Shown here: positions 34,860 to 48,959 of the stretch, piece after piece
Layout of the letters: each line of letters starts with the position of its first letter
Position numbering within the stretch: the stretch's first letter is position 1
From: a virus
Lineage: Duplodnaviria > Caudoviricetes
DNA: 64,000 nucleotides
IMG/VR virus record: IMGVR_UViG_3300021387_001034
Location: 30,600 to 94,599 of that record
Reading direction: 5' to 3' (one strand)
Made by a program: the position numbers and the translations under genes
Notes under the pieces: generated by a model
Database searches by the model: none
What the model was told of the DNA's origin: nothing
What the model saw: the letters and a program-made list of their open reading frames with translations, nothing else

Positions 34860-37800
34860 ATGGCCGATGGATATATTAGTCAAATAAAAACTCCCGATAA
34901 TAAAGTTTATGACTTTCGAGATCAGCATTTAAAGGTTTATACCGGTTCTTGTACAACCGCGGCGGCAACGGCTATTAAGGATGTTACAACTGACGGTAAT
35001 TTTGAGTTAGAAAAAGGCGCAGTCGTATTTGTAAATTTTAGTGCTACAAATACCGCTGCCGTAGCTAATTTAAAATTACGTGTTAATAGTAGCATAGATA
35101 CAGATGCAAAGCCATTAAAACATCAATACAATGCTACAGAATCTAATTTACCTGGTACTGGTTATATTAGAGCTAATCAGACATATGCTTTTTATTATGA
35201 TGGTACAAACTGGGTAATGATAACTGATTATAATACTAATAGTAATGATACAGGCTATTATATTATAACAAATGGATTTCGTCAAACTGTAGGCACTAAT
35301 AAAATACCTCGGAGAACTCTATTTGCACGTATTGCAAATGGAAATTATGAAGCCTTTACAGTAACAGTAAATACTGTTGCAACTACTAAAACAAAAAATA
35401 CGAATGGTTTTTTGCCTGAGGGGAAAATATATTGGAATGGTTCTGATACAGATTATGCCGCGGGTGTATAGTCATTTTCACCTTATGAACAATACCATAG
35501 TATAGATTACAGGTATACTTTCAATATCACTGCTACTGGTATTCCTGCAAATGCTTAGACTTATGTAAAATGGACATATGCAGATGGCTTGCTGTATCTT
35601 GCAGACGAATGGTTTGCGACAGCATTACCTACTACTGAAGACGGTTTTATTTATTAGAGAATTGGTAGTAACTATTATGGAAGCGCAGAATATCGTGGCT
35701 CGTTACTATTGAACAATCCATATTATATATATAAAAATGGAAGCGTACAAGTTTGGAATCCCACTCATCTATCTGCTATAACCGGCGCCGATGATCTCAA
35801 AGCAATTGAAGCAATTAGCGGAACTACGGGTTTATTAAAGAAGACGGCGGCAAATACGTGGACGTTGGATACTAATACATATCTAACTTCTCATCGTACC
35901 TATACCGCTTTTACCGGCAAACCTACTGCTAATTAGACTCCTGGATTTGGTAGTACTTTTACTATTCAATAGATAAGTTAGAGTACAACTGGGCAGGTAA
36001 GTGGGACAGACAGAACTGTAACTATTCCAGCAATTACTTCGTCAGATATTCCAGTTACATTTACTCGGGCACAATTAATAAGTACAGAATAGATGGCATT
36101 TAGCAATTGGTTACCAAAATATGGAAATGGTACAACAGTTCCTGCAAAAACTATGGCATTATTTGCAGATGGGTTAGCAATAAAAAGTCCTGCAACACAT
36201 GCAGATGCAGGATGGATACGTGTTACAGGTACTGATGAAACTGATACAGTATTAGAAATTGCTACAAGTGATGATGCAAATAAAGCTAATTCTGAAAAAA
36301 TCGTTGTAAGGTAGTATAATAGTTCTTCTGCATAGCATGAAGCGATTCTATTGGGAAAGATTGGAGATGTTTATGGGGCGACTAGTTTTCCAGTATAGGT
36401 AACGGCTCCTAAATTTATAGGTAATTTAACTGGAACAGCAGATAAAGCTACTGCCGCAAACCTTACCTCAACAGTAAATGCGATCGCATATTATATTGAT
36501 ACCGCTGGAAAATTCGGTAGTAAAGCAAGTGCTAATGGAGCTCTATATGCTACATCAGCCAATGGAGCATTATAGTGGGGTACTTTACCTATAGCACAAG
36601 GTGGTACTGGAAAAACTAGTGCAACCGAGGCTTGGACCGCATTAGGCGGTGGAGCATCAGGGAAACATGCTGATTCCTATTTTATTAAAGCTATTACGTC
36701 TGTAGCAAATCGGCTAGTGAAATTTACAGATACGAGTAGCACCGTGGCAAGTACGGGAATTACGGTAGATAGTAACGATAACTTATCTACTTCTGGTAGT
36801 TATATAGAAAATGCCGGTGGACGTATTCAATATGTACAGCTACTGCCCGGTGGGGCTTGGACAAATTATGCCGCAGATACGTGGTATAGATGCTGTAAAA
36901 TTACGCCTAAGTATCACTACATAAATGGTATAATTCAATTTAGTGGCGAGTGGTCAACTGGTGCACCAACAATAGCCACAGTTAGCGTATAGATTCGTAA
37001 TACTGCCGCAAATCTTACTCTATTACATTGTGCCTATGTGGGCAATATTAAAGCGGTGCGTTTAGTACGTAGCGATAGCAGTTGGTGGCTAGACGTATAG
37101 GTTAATATGTAGTCAAGTGGTACTTTGGGTGCACAGACAGCAACTTTTATTGGAAATATTATCGCTACTGATATAAATACTACTTTAACTGCTACAACCG
37201 ATACTACCACGGCAGCTTCTACTATTACTTTTTCAACTAATTATTTAGCTAATACTATATATAAATTAAGTAATGCCGTCAGTATTTTAGATACAACTGC
37301 TTCCACCACCACAGCAACTGGCGCACTCTTAGTTAGCGGTGGCGCAGGCATTGGCGGCCGAGTTACTGCATAGGAATTTAATGCCACGCGTTAGATGGTA
37401 TTATCAGCAGGAAAGGTATATAGCAATATAAGCGGTAGTAATGTATTGCTACCAGCGAAAACCACAACAATATATGCCAATGGTATTGCAATAGCCAATC
37501 CTGGGCTTACAGCCGCAAACGATGTTGGATGGATACGTGTTTTAGGCACAGCTGAAACTGATATGGTATTGGAAATTGCGACTGGAGACGATGGCGGCAG
37601 CGGTGAACAGATTGTCGCGCGTTAGTATAATACTTCTAATGCAATAGCACATGAGGCTGTATTGTTAAGCAAGACTGGTGCTACTACTTTTCCAGTAAGC
37701 GTAACAGCTCCTTCTTTTAGTGGCTCTGGTGCTTCTCTAACTTCCCTTAATGCCTCTAACCTTGCTTCTGGTACAGTTCCAGCGGCACGATTACCCCTTG

Positions 37801-40800
37801 CAACAGCCAGTGCTGCGGGAGCAGTTAAAATTGGTAGTGGTATTTCAGTAAGTGACGGAACTATTAGCGTAACCGCCGCAAATCTAGGTCTCTCTAACGC
37901 TATGCACTTTATCGGCATCGCAACTACAGCAATAACTGATGGTGGAACCGAAGACCCCACTATTGATGGTTATAGTACAAAGACAGCAGGAGACGTTGTT
38001 ATTGATAAAGATACGCGGCGTGAGTATGTATGGAGTACTACAAATAAATGGGAATTATTAGGATTCGACGCTTCTGCAAAGTATGAGAAGACTACTAGCG
38101 GCAATACTTTTATCTCTAAAATTACTCAGGCTACAGATGGAACGGTAACGGCAGAAAGTAGAGCATTAGATACAAGCGGAACGTGGAGTGGTACTGCCAC
38201 GAAAGCGACTAAAGCAAATCTAACTACAACTACTAATGCATTAGCTTATTATACAGATACAAGTGGAACATTTGGTAATGCAAGTAAAATAACAGTATAT
38301 AACGATACAGATATTACAGTGCAAAATGCTACAAAAAAACGTAACGGATTGCATTTATATGGAACTACGTATGGTAATACTGCTTCTGATTTAACAAGTA
38401 ATACCGTTGGAGTAATGCGTTTTGAAGATGGTGGTCCAAGAATTGAATTTTCTGAAACTAATAATGAATCAGATTCTGGCGCTATATTATTTACAAATCA
38501 TGATGGTGCTTTAACTGGCGGTGGTTCATCTTTTCATTTTGTAGGGAAAAATGGTAGCAATAATACTGGTGGTAATTTAGCGGTTACAGCTCCAGATTTT
38601 GTTGCACGTAGACGTATGACTGTAGGCTATAATTTTACAGATACTAATTATGCATTAAAAGTAAAAGGCGCATCTTTATTTGCAGGTAATTTTGAAGTTA
38701 GAGGCAATACTATACGTTTAAGAAATGCAAATAATGATAATAATTAGGCCGGTACTGCTCCATATATTACCTCTTTATTAATGGGTGATGGTTCTTATGT
38801 ATCATTTAATGAATTTCATGATGATTGGCTTGCTATTTAGTCTAAAGGATTGGTCTTAAATGTTCGTAGTTCACCAATTGCAGTATATGATGCAACTAAA
38901 ACATATGCCGTTGGCGATGTTGTTTGGTATGATAAAAATTATTACATATGTAATACTGCAATTACAACAGCAGAAGCTTGGACTGCAGGGCATTGGTCAT
39001 TACGTAATCCAAGCGGTGCTATTTTAAGTGAAAGCAGCATCATTCCTTGGACTAATAATACTTATACTTTAGGTAATAGTAGTTATAAATGGAGTACTGT
39101 TTATGCTACTACATTTAGTGGCAATGCAACCAGTGCTAATTATATAAATTTATATGAAGCACGTGGCACAACCACCACACTTAATAAGGCAGCTAATTAT
39201 GTTGCAGCAGGTGCTATGTTTCATTTAATAGCAAGTTCTAATACAAATGCAACAGATAATGGAAAAACACCAACTGATGCCAATATTTTACAAATGAACT
39301 GGGACAATAGTGGCGGCTATGATGCATAGCTAGGTATTGCTACCGGTGTAAATCGTATGTATTTTAGAGCCAGACCCTCTTCAAAGACAGCTTGGGATGA
39401 GGTGGCGCATGCTCCGGTTGGAACTGCTGGGGTTGGCAATTCCACACAACCAGTTTATATGACCTCAGAAGGAGTTATCACTGCTTGTACATCATATGCT
39501 AATGCTTCAGTTAATTATGCAACAAGTGCAGGCAGTGCGACAAGTGCTACAACAGCAACTTCACTTACTGATTTTGTAGTAAGTAAATATAGTATTCCTG
39601 CCGCGACAGGCGTTCGAATTAAATACCCTACATTTGCCCCAGTATTAATTAGTGTTCAACGAGCAAATGGCGGTGGACGTTTAATATTACTAGGTGGTGG
39701 ATATGGAGCTAATACTATTCGAAATGATTTTACTGAACTAGTATCTCCGTCTACTACCAATTTTACTTGGAGTATTCCAGCTTCTGATTCAATTGGTAAT
39801 TCAATTGAAGTAATGAATCTTGCGACTAGCGGAGAAGCTTCTGTTGTAGTTTGGAGTAAAGATGCTTGTACCTTTACCTCAATTACAGCATTAACTACTG
39901 CTGCAATAAATAGAACTTTACTTCATAGTAGTAACTATACTAATTATGCCGTGGCCAAAACCGCTGGCGTAACGGCAGTCACTTGGGATGCGACTAATAA
40001 AAAATTAACTCGTACAATTAACGGTACCGCCGCGGATGTCATGACAGCAGCATAGATGAGTACGGCATTGGGATTAGGTACTATTGCATCTAAAGATACA
40101 ACTGATTTTGTTCCATTTACAGGTGTATTAAACTCCTCTCTTGGATCTGGTACCCCGGCTGCCGCAACTAAAACTTATTGGACTGATAATATTCCTAACA
40201 ATAATGTTTCTATTGGCTATAATACTGCTGGATATGAAAATACTATTATATTTTCTCGTGGCGGCTCATAGAATGTAGGAACTATACTAAAATATGGCTA
40301 TAATGATGCTTATATATATATATTACGATAGGCAAATGGATGGAAATCTACAGATTGGGAAAAAATTAGCGCTGGATATGCAGATAATGCTGGTAGTGTT
40401 GCTTGGGCAAACGTATCAGGTCGTCCAACAAACCTTAATCAATTTACAAATGGCCCAGGTTATATAACTGGTTATACTGAAACTGATCCAACCGTTCCAG
40501 CATGGGCAAAAGCAGCTACAAAGCCATCATATACCGCAAGTGAAGTTGGTGCAGCACCAGCAGTGTCTGGCGGATACTTACCTTTAAGCGGCGGAACGAT
40601 GACAGGCCGATTAAATGCAAATAAGGGTTTCACTAATTTATTAACAGGAACTGGAACGGCTGGTGTTAATAATAATGGAACGTATACTCCTGTTAAGTGG
40701 ACTTTTAATACAGGTATGACTGCTGTAGATGGAGATAGATTTACTGTAAAAATTCCCAACACTAGTAATGCTGATTGGGGTATCTTTATGTCTATTAATA

Positions 40801-43232
40801 ATGGTACAAATTATTATCCAGTTGTTTGTAATGGTAGTGGTAGATTAACAACACATTTTCCAGTTAATACGTATATTGATGTAGTTTTTGAATCTACCGG
40901 CTCCGCAGCGTCAGTATTTCCACTTGCTGGCGGTACTGCTAGAACTACCGTATCCGGCGGTGTCTGGCGTGTCTTAAATTTTTATGATACAAACAACAAC
41001 GACATGGGATATTATCACAGACGTATTTATCCAAACTTAAAAGCAGGCGGAGCAATTCATCCATTTAGTATTATTATGCAATTGCCAAATGGGCGATGGA
41101 GTGGCATTACTACTACAGCTCCAAATAATCCAGTTTCTGGCACAATTTCTCCTAAAGATACTGGAAAAGCAGCGAGTACAAGCGGTTATATGCTTGGTCA
41201 CGTATTACTTATGTATGCTCGCGCAACCTATGCAGATGGTAATGATATTGGAACTTATAATATATGGTCAGCCCATAGCGGATTAATTGATGCACGTTAT
41301 TCTTTTAATTTGGCTAATTCTAGTGGTAATGGCTTTACTCGTTATACCCCAGTTTATATTGTAGGCACTATAACTAATGGTTTATTTTATTTAGATACTA
41401 CTAAATGGTGGACTTAGACACTACCAACTTCTGATGATGGAAAAGTATATATTTATATTGGTGATGCATATGACTGGTATAGATTAACTTTCACTGAAGA
41501 AAAACCTATTTATTGGTATAAAAATGGAGCTGTTAGTTTATATAATGGAGCTAGTGCGGCTTCATCATCAGACATATCAGTAGGATGGAATACATCTACA
41601 ACCATTGCAACAATTAATGGAACGGCAGTAAAAATTAAAATTCCAGCAAATCCTAATACTGATCATTATGCCTGGACGGATATTACATCAAAACCAGCAA
41701 CAGCCACTCGTTGGCCGACTTGGGATGAAGTTACTGGTAAACCAAGCGTATTCACACCAGATAGTCATACTCATAGTTATCTTGTACCTGCCGCAGCCAT
41801 TAGTAGTGGTCAATCTTCCCCAAATAATACATTGTTATTAGCAATTAAAAAATATTTTGAAGATAATAAAACTACTGTTCCACGTAATAGATTATTAGAT
41901 TTATAGGTTGGCGCATATAGTAATACTATTAATGCTTTTGGATATTTTCTTCCTGAATATAACAGTAATCCTTATGGTGGTTTTTATGCTGCACATTATA
42001 ACACGCCAAGATATGTAGGCATTTCAAATGGTACTTATGACGAATCACGTCTTGCACGAATTGACGTAACTAATGCTATAACCAGCGGGCAAGTTATTAT
42101 AGCAGATGGTACAGATGGAAAAATTAAAACTAGCGGTTATACAATTGCCAAATCAGTACCTTCAGACGCTAAATTTACTGATAACAACACAACATATACT
42201 TTCGCAAACGGCACTAATGGTTTTACTGTTACTCCATCTGGAGGAACCGCACAAACAGTGACTGTGACGCCTTCAATTGCTAATAATATTACCGGCAGTG
42301 GTACTGCTAATCATTTAGTAAAATTTACCGCAGCACATACTATTGGTGATACAGGGATTACAATTGACGCTAATAATAATTTAACTATACCCAGTAAAAG
42401 TATTAAATTTAGTAGCATAGGCGAAGGTATGGAAATTACAGAAGATGCTAATTATTTTGGAAGTAATATTGATGCGCGTATTCTATCTATTATTGATACG
42501 AATCCTAGTGCTAACACCACCACTGTAGATGGTGGCTTTATTATTCGTGCTATAGGACGTCTATCTGGGGTAGATACTGTTCAAGAATTATTACGCATTA
42601 GAAATCATAATGGTAGCGCGGATTGGAAAACCGGAGAATTTTAGTGGAAAACTAAAGATATAGTAGTTGAAACTGGAACTACTAAAACTTGGGACATTTC
42701 CATTAGTGGTAATGCCGCTTCTGCTACTCACGCGAATTATTTAACCGGATTCTCTTCTCGCGCCACAACCATGACTTGGGGTAATCAGACCGGTTCAGTT
42801 ATTACCTGTTTTGCTACTCCTAAAGGTGGCGGCTGGGGCTTCCGCGATGATAACCCCGCGGCTGGCCAAGTATCAATGACAATTGATGGCACTGTTTATA
42901 TTAAAGAAGGCGGTGTTAACGTCGGCGATGCTATTAAATCAATTAGTCGCTCTGGCACTACATTTACATATACTACTCTATGGGGTACTACAGGTACTTT
43001 TACTTAGCAAGATACAAATAATGCCGCCACCCATACTGTCAAAACTACAACTAAATACTACGTAACCGGTACTGAAACCGCTACAACCTCAACTGGTGGC
43101 GACACCTTTGATACCGGTATTTACGCAACTACAACTGCAGGTCAGCTTAATGCTACCAGCTATAAAGTAGATGAACACGTAACATTACAATACAACACAA
43201 CAGACTCCTCCCTCGAGTTTGTATTCGCATAA
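34860..43232 (+). CDS. giant mosaic long tail fibre (~2790 aa)
   Basis: thirteen ORF-track fragments in one frame separated by TAG; internal repeat LEIAT.DD...IV.R*YN occurs twice with TAG at the same position. Confidence 0.87.
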
Positions 43233-43246
43233 GGATGGTGACTCAC

Positions 43247-43588
43247 ATGTATTCAATTACACTCGCAAACGGAACCACCCTCTCAAACCTTAATCGCGCC
43301 AATAATGGCGCGTTTTGGTTTGAGGGGATGACATTTCCAACTGGTATTTTGACGCCAGAAAATCTAGCATTCGCAACCATTGAGAAAGATGGGGAATTAG
43401 ATGAGGTATTGATGGACTATACTTTACAAGACCTTTGTGTATAGGGCGGTTATGTGTAGTTTAGAGTCGCGCCTTTGAAGAAGTATGAGGATGAGGATAA
43501 GCATAGGAAAGAGAGAGAATAGAAGAAGAAAAGAGAGAAGGTAGAAAGAATAAGAATGGAACAAGAAATGGAGAAGAAGGGGTGGTAA
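43247..43588 (+). CDS. hypothetical tail-assembly-like protein (3 TAG)
   Basis: YSITLANGTTLSNL; charged C-terminus. Confidence 0.7.
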
Positions 43589-43589
43589 T

Positions 43590-45791
43590 GTGGCATTAAG
43601 AATATGGGCGCCATTAAATGGAGATTTAAGGCAAATTGGTGCCTCCAATGCAATACTGACAAATGATGGCGCAACTATAGATAATAATGGAAAAATAGGA
43701 AAATGCTATGCATTTGCCAATACACATATTATTATAGACAGTACGGATGTACAAGATTTCTTTTCATCTACTTCTTAGCCATTTTCAATAGCGTGTTGGA
43801 TTTACTTAAATAGTGATGAAACTGATAGAGTAATTATTTTTGGTGATTATAATGCTAATCCCTTTATTAACTGGGAATTAGCGGCTAATTGTACACAAAG
43901 GTTATGTGTAGGAGGAACTAGTAATTATACTACCAAAGGTGGTGGAAGCGCAGTTCCAAAAACTACTTGGACACATATTGCTGTTACCTATGACGGAAAT
44001 AATACTACATTCTATTAGAATGGAACACAAATATATACTGCAACTGGCGCGAATACCTTAAGTACAAAAACTCCAAGTGCGCGTTTTTATTTAGGTAGTG
44101 ACGTTCGTAATGATGCGACTCGTTTAAAGGGCAAAATGAATGATTTCCGTTTATATGACCATTGTCTCTCCGCTGCCGAGGTACATGAGATTAGTTAGGG
44201 ATTAGTATTGCACTATAAATTAAACGATATATTAAACCCAAATCTTCTACCAGCTACAGTTCAAAATGCTGATGCTTGGGTCGGCGATGGAGCTACTAAA
44301 ACCGCGGATATTGGCGCTATTAAGTTTGCTCCAACCGGAGGAACGCGCCGAATATATATTGGTGTTAGTAATGTCTGGACAACAAGTCAAGGAAAATATA
44401 CTGTTAGTTTAGACGCAAAGGCGGATACAAATGGCCGCATTTTATAGGCATCGCGTTCAGTTGCAGATTATGCACCTAATATGACGCTTACAACGGAATG
44501 GGCACATTATACAGGAATTATTACGCTTACTGCTACCAGTACCAGTGGTACATTATCTTTATAGGGGCCGACAGGGAGTACGATTTGGGTACGTAATGTT
44601 AAAGTTGAAAGAGGAGAAATTGCAACGCCATTTAATTTAAATGGAGATACAATTATAGCTGAGGATAGTAGCGGTTATGGGCATAATGGAACTTCTAATG
44701 CACCAATAACCATTTCTGAAGATACAAGTCGATATGAAAAAGCAAGTTATTTTGGAACATATAATACTCCAGTTTTAACAGTAAACAATTTTTCAGCCAT
44801 AGCCCCAGCTCTAACATCCTGTACAATTACCTGGTGGGGTAAATATGATACTACAACGACATTATTATTAACAGGCCAATCTACTTCATTCTATGTCGCA
44901 GCATCTGCAAACAATAATTATTATCATGCTAATATTGGTTCTCCAACTATGTATAAAGATGGCATTGCGGGTACTTATAAATGTGCGGCAGATGGATGGC
45001 ATCATTTTGCTTTAACGGGAGTCAATTTCAGTACTTGGACAACTTTGAAGCTAAATGGGTATAGTAGCAGTTGGCCATTAAAAGGATACATAAGCGATTT
45101 CCGCATCTATAGCACTGTTTTAAATACAGATACAATTCGATAGCTCTATGAAGTTGGCGCAAAAATTGATAATAAACAAAACCTTCATACCTTTGAATTA
45201 AATGAAACTAATACTAATTTATTATAGGGTATACTGTGGTGCGCACCTTTTAGTTCACATACTCCTTTTACTTCTCCATTTACAAATTATAATTCTAACG
45301 GAGAACCTCAGTTTACTTCCAATGGTGCATCCGCTGGCAGTGATTATATAGAAATTAGTCCTACAGGTCATACTTATGAATATGATTATACTATCTCAGT
45401 TAATGCAGGGAATCAATTTTATATCGGCTTCGAGCGCTATGATGCTAATAAAACAGCTCGTTCTAATAATGCTTGTGTATATACATTTGCTTCAAAACCA
45501 TCATCAAATATAGTTAAATAGCATTATACTGGGACAATAAACTTAGCTACGGATGGAACTAACCCTTGTAAATATATAGCCTTACGTATATTAAATGGCT
45601 GGTCAGGCACAACTAGCGGTGTCACAGGAACTGCAACTATTCATAGTATCAGTTTACGACAAATTGGTACTAAACAGCAGACCAAAATAACTAAAACTGG
45701 TCTATGTATAGGAGAAGAATTAAAAGAAGAGACTAATACCAAATTACACAAAAATGGAATAATTGAAACCAACAATTTAATAGAACTCTAA
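43590..45791 (+). CDS. LamG/concanavalin-A-like repeat tail protein (GTG start; TAG read through)
   Basis: WTHIAVTYDG...MNDFRLYDHCLS; WHHFAL...ISDFRIYSTVL. Confidence 0.85.
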
Positions 45792-45794
45792 CAC

Positions 45795-45824
45795 TTGACA
45801 TCTCAAAACCAAATATGATATAAT
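45795..45824 (+). promoter_or_regulatory. sigma-A/70-type promoter inside the tail region
   Basis: TTGACA-N18-TATAAT with TG. Confidence 0.6.
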
Positions 45825-45936
45825 ATAAATAGTAGATAGATGCTGCTTCGCGCCATTTATTTACTGAACCTAGTAGGGCCTCTGCGGTGCAGGACCCTAT
45901 TATTATGAACGCAATACGCGCAAGGAGGAATGACTT

Positions 45937-48327
45937 ATCGCCTAGCTTAAAAGTACAGTCGTGCAAGGGAGCTTGCGCGTTACGGATACAACATATACGA
46001 CGGATTTAATAATAAGTAATACAACCGCCCCTACAATTGCTACTAATGATTACTTATTATTAGCGGATAATTCAGATAATAATAAGATATTAAAAGGTCC
46101 AGCATTAAACACTGGTAATACAACAAAATGGCTCACATAGGCAGGAACTTGGACTACACCTACTGCATCAAATGTTGGACTTGGAAATGTCGAAAATACT
46201 AAGTTAAGTACATGGGCGGGAACATCTAATATTAAAACTGTAGGCACTATAACTTCTGGTACTTGGAATGGAACTGCAATTGGAGTAGGGCATGGTGGCA
46301 CTGGAAAAACCAGTTGGACGTAGTGGGGCGTTTTATATGCTAGTGCTTCTACAACATTAACTAATACTGCCGCAGGAACCGCTGGTTATTTGTTACAAGG
46401 TAATGGCGCTGCGGCTCCTAGTTGGATTCAGGCAACTAACTCTAATACTGCTTCTACAATAGTAAAACGTGATAGTAGTGGGAATTTTAGTGCAGGTACA
46501 ATTACAGCTTTATTAACCGCTAATAGGACTACCGCAGGAAATTATATAACATTACAGTCTAATGGAACATAGGCAGGTTCTTTAGAACTAACTACGCGAG
46601 GCACGACAAGTGTAGAAGGGAAGATTACATTAGTATTAGGTAATAATAAAACAAACACTACTGCAGAAAATGCCAATGGGAAAATTCAACTATATGGTGC
46701 TGGTAATGGCAGTTATGCAAAAACATTAACAGTAGAACCAGAAATAGTTTATGATGTAAATAGTAATGCGGTGGCGCCAGCAATAAATTCTGATGACGGC
46801 TCATTTGTATTATAGAATTTATTAGCTACTGATAATCTCTTTACAAGGGGTAAACTTATTCTTGGAGATGGAAGTAATGGAGTTGCTTGTTTAAAACAAA
46901 CTGTTAAAGGAACCAGTTCGGCAGAAGGAAAAGCTACATTATGTTTGGGTAATGATACTCCTTCTAATACAGCAGGAAATGCTACTGGCGAGATATTACT
47001 TTATCATTCTAATGGTGAAACATCTACAATATCCGCTTCATTTGACTCCATTGCTACTACAACCAAAGCAGTAAAAATTGATACCGGCCTATCAGTTGTA
47101 AATAGTATTGAAACAACTACTGGTTATTTATATGTTCGTGCAGGAAGTATTTGGGCAGGAACTACAGCAAGCACAACTGCAGAGCGTGACGTCGGCGCCA
47201 GAGCAGGGTCGGGAAATATTTATTTATACGCGGCTGCAGCAACTACAGGTAATAGAGGACTATAGGGAACAAATGCCGCTGGAACAAATGCCGCGATTTT
47301 GACAGTTAATTAGAGTAATTAGATTAGTGCTTTAACAACTATTGCTTGTTCGCCTGTTTTAACAGCTACTAGTGCTTTTACTAAAGCAGGACAATCAGTT
47401 TCCTTTATTAAAGGGCGAGATTCTGCAATAATCAAAACTACTTCGTATAGCGGATATAATACTGCTTTCAGTTTAAAAACTACTGCTGGTGACTGGAGTT
47501 TTGGCGTATATAATAATAATTATGCTTATCTAACATATGCCTCTGATACAAACTATTCTTCTAATACCAATACATGGGGCGGGCAGATTGAATTCCGCTC
47601 AGAGGGAACTATAGTTACTAATGGTTTAATAGGGTCTATCGGTGCTGGTATGCACTATGTAGAAGCATAGAATAGTACTTATGGCAATCGTATTATGATG
47701 GATGTAGAAGCTAATGGTCAAGTCGCCGGCATTTGGAGTAGCGGATATGTTAATAGTAGCGGAGCATATACTGCAGGCGCCAAATGGCTTATTTATAGAA
47801 ATGCGAATAATGCTGTAGTTGTTGGAGATAACTTATGGATTTCTGGAGCAGGATATGCTAATTCAGGTTTCCAAGTTAGTGGTACTTATACTGCTTTAAC
47901 AAATAACTATTTAGATACATCATATTGGACTATGCATTTTACTAGTGGCCAAGTTCAATTCCATTTTAATACTAATGGAACTGGCCGCTTAAGTAATAAA
48001 GTTGCGCACCTTACATCTAGCGGCGTATTCACTAATTCTTCTAAAAAAGTAAAAACAAATATTATTCCCTTACAATCAATGGGGAATATAATAGATAATT
48101 TAAAGCCAGTTGAGTTCTCTTATACATACGACCCAAAACGTGCTCGCAATTATGGTTTAATTTATGAAGATACCATTAATTTATTACCTTATATATGTGA
48201 CGCACCAACGTCAGCAGATGACCGCCCCGGCATCAACTATGCCGCATTAACTCCAGTATTACTAAAAGAAATCCAAGATTTACGCAAACGCGTAAAAACT
48301 TTAGAAGAACAATTATCACAAAATTAA
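45937..48327 (+). CDS. tail fibre/spike with C-terminal peptidase S74 intramolecular chaperone; apparent ATC start
   Basis: AGGAGG-N8-ATC GCC TAG CTT AAA (MAQLKSTVVQGSLRV); S.K.K.NI...LKPVEF.Y...GLI.ED...INY...LLKEIQDL. Confidence 0.8.
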
Positions 48328-48391
48328 TCCTATTCACATTACATACTAATAGAAGTTTATCTTCTATTTTAAATAAAAGGAGGAATCTTTT

Positions 48392-48682
48392 ATGGCTAAC
48401 ATTATTTTTAACGGAGAACATACCTATGAACTTAATAGCTTTACTCGTGATACTACTTTTAATTTTACGGACGATACAATGACTAGCACCGCATATATGA
48501 ATCTCAAAGATACAGATGCGCAGCTTGAAGCACTAGGTCATTCAGTCATTACATCTCTTCAGATTAAAGTAAATGACGAAGTAATCTATTCTCTACCAGA
48601 AATTACCGCTCATATCACCAACCTAAATGAATCCCTAATGGGCGATACGATGACGACCAACTTGAATATCTCTTTTACCTAA
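48392..48682 (+). CDS. hypothetical protein
   Basis: AGGAGG RBS. Confidence 0.8.
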   Translation: MANIIFNGEHTYELNSFTRDTTFNFTDDTMTSTAYMNLKDTDAQLEALGHSVITSLQIKVNDEVIYSLPEITAHITNLNESLMGDTMTTNLNISFT

Positions 48683-48683
48683 T

Positions 48684-48712
48684 AAATACCGGCCTCGCGC
48701 CGGTATTTTTTA
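48684..48712 (+). terminator. intrinsic terminator-like hairpin
   Basis: AAATACCGGC-CTCGC-GCCGGTATTT-TTT. Confidence 0.7.
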
Positions 48713-48728
48713 ATGGAGGCGATTAAAT

Positions 48729-48959
48729 ATGACAATTATGTCTAAACGCGGGCAGCAAGATAACGTAGTAACCTATGAGCATATTTGCGACACTACGGCA
48801 GATTTAGCCACGATTGACCCAAAGTATGTAACTCTTGGCTCTATCGCGCTTGTACTCAAAGGCGCGGCTGGCCTAGAAGTATATATGGCTACTTCTACCG
48901 GAGAATGGGTAAATCTCTTAGGCGCAAGCGAGGAAGAGGAGGACGAAAATAATGGTTGA
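48729..48959 (+). CDS. small virion-associated protein, paralogue of the 4942 N-terminus
   Basis: SKRGQQDNVVTYEHICDT...TLGS...EVYMA. Confidence 0.85.
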   Translation: MTIMSKRGQQDNVVTYEHICDTTADLATIDPKYVTLGSIALVLKGAAGLEVYMATSTGEWVNLLGASEEEEDENNG

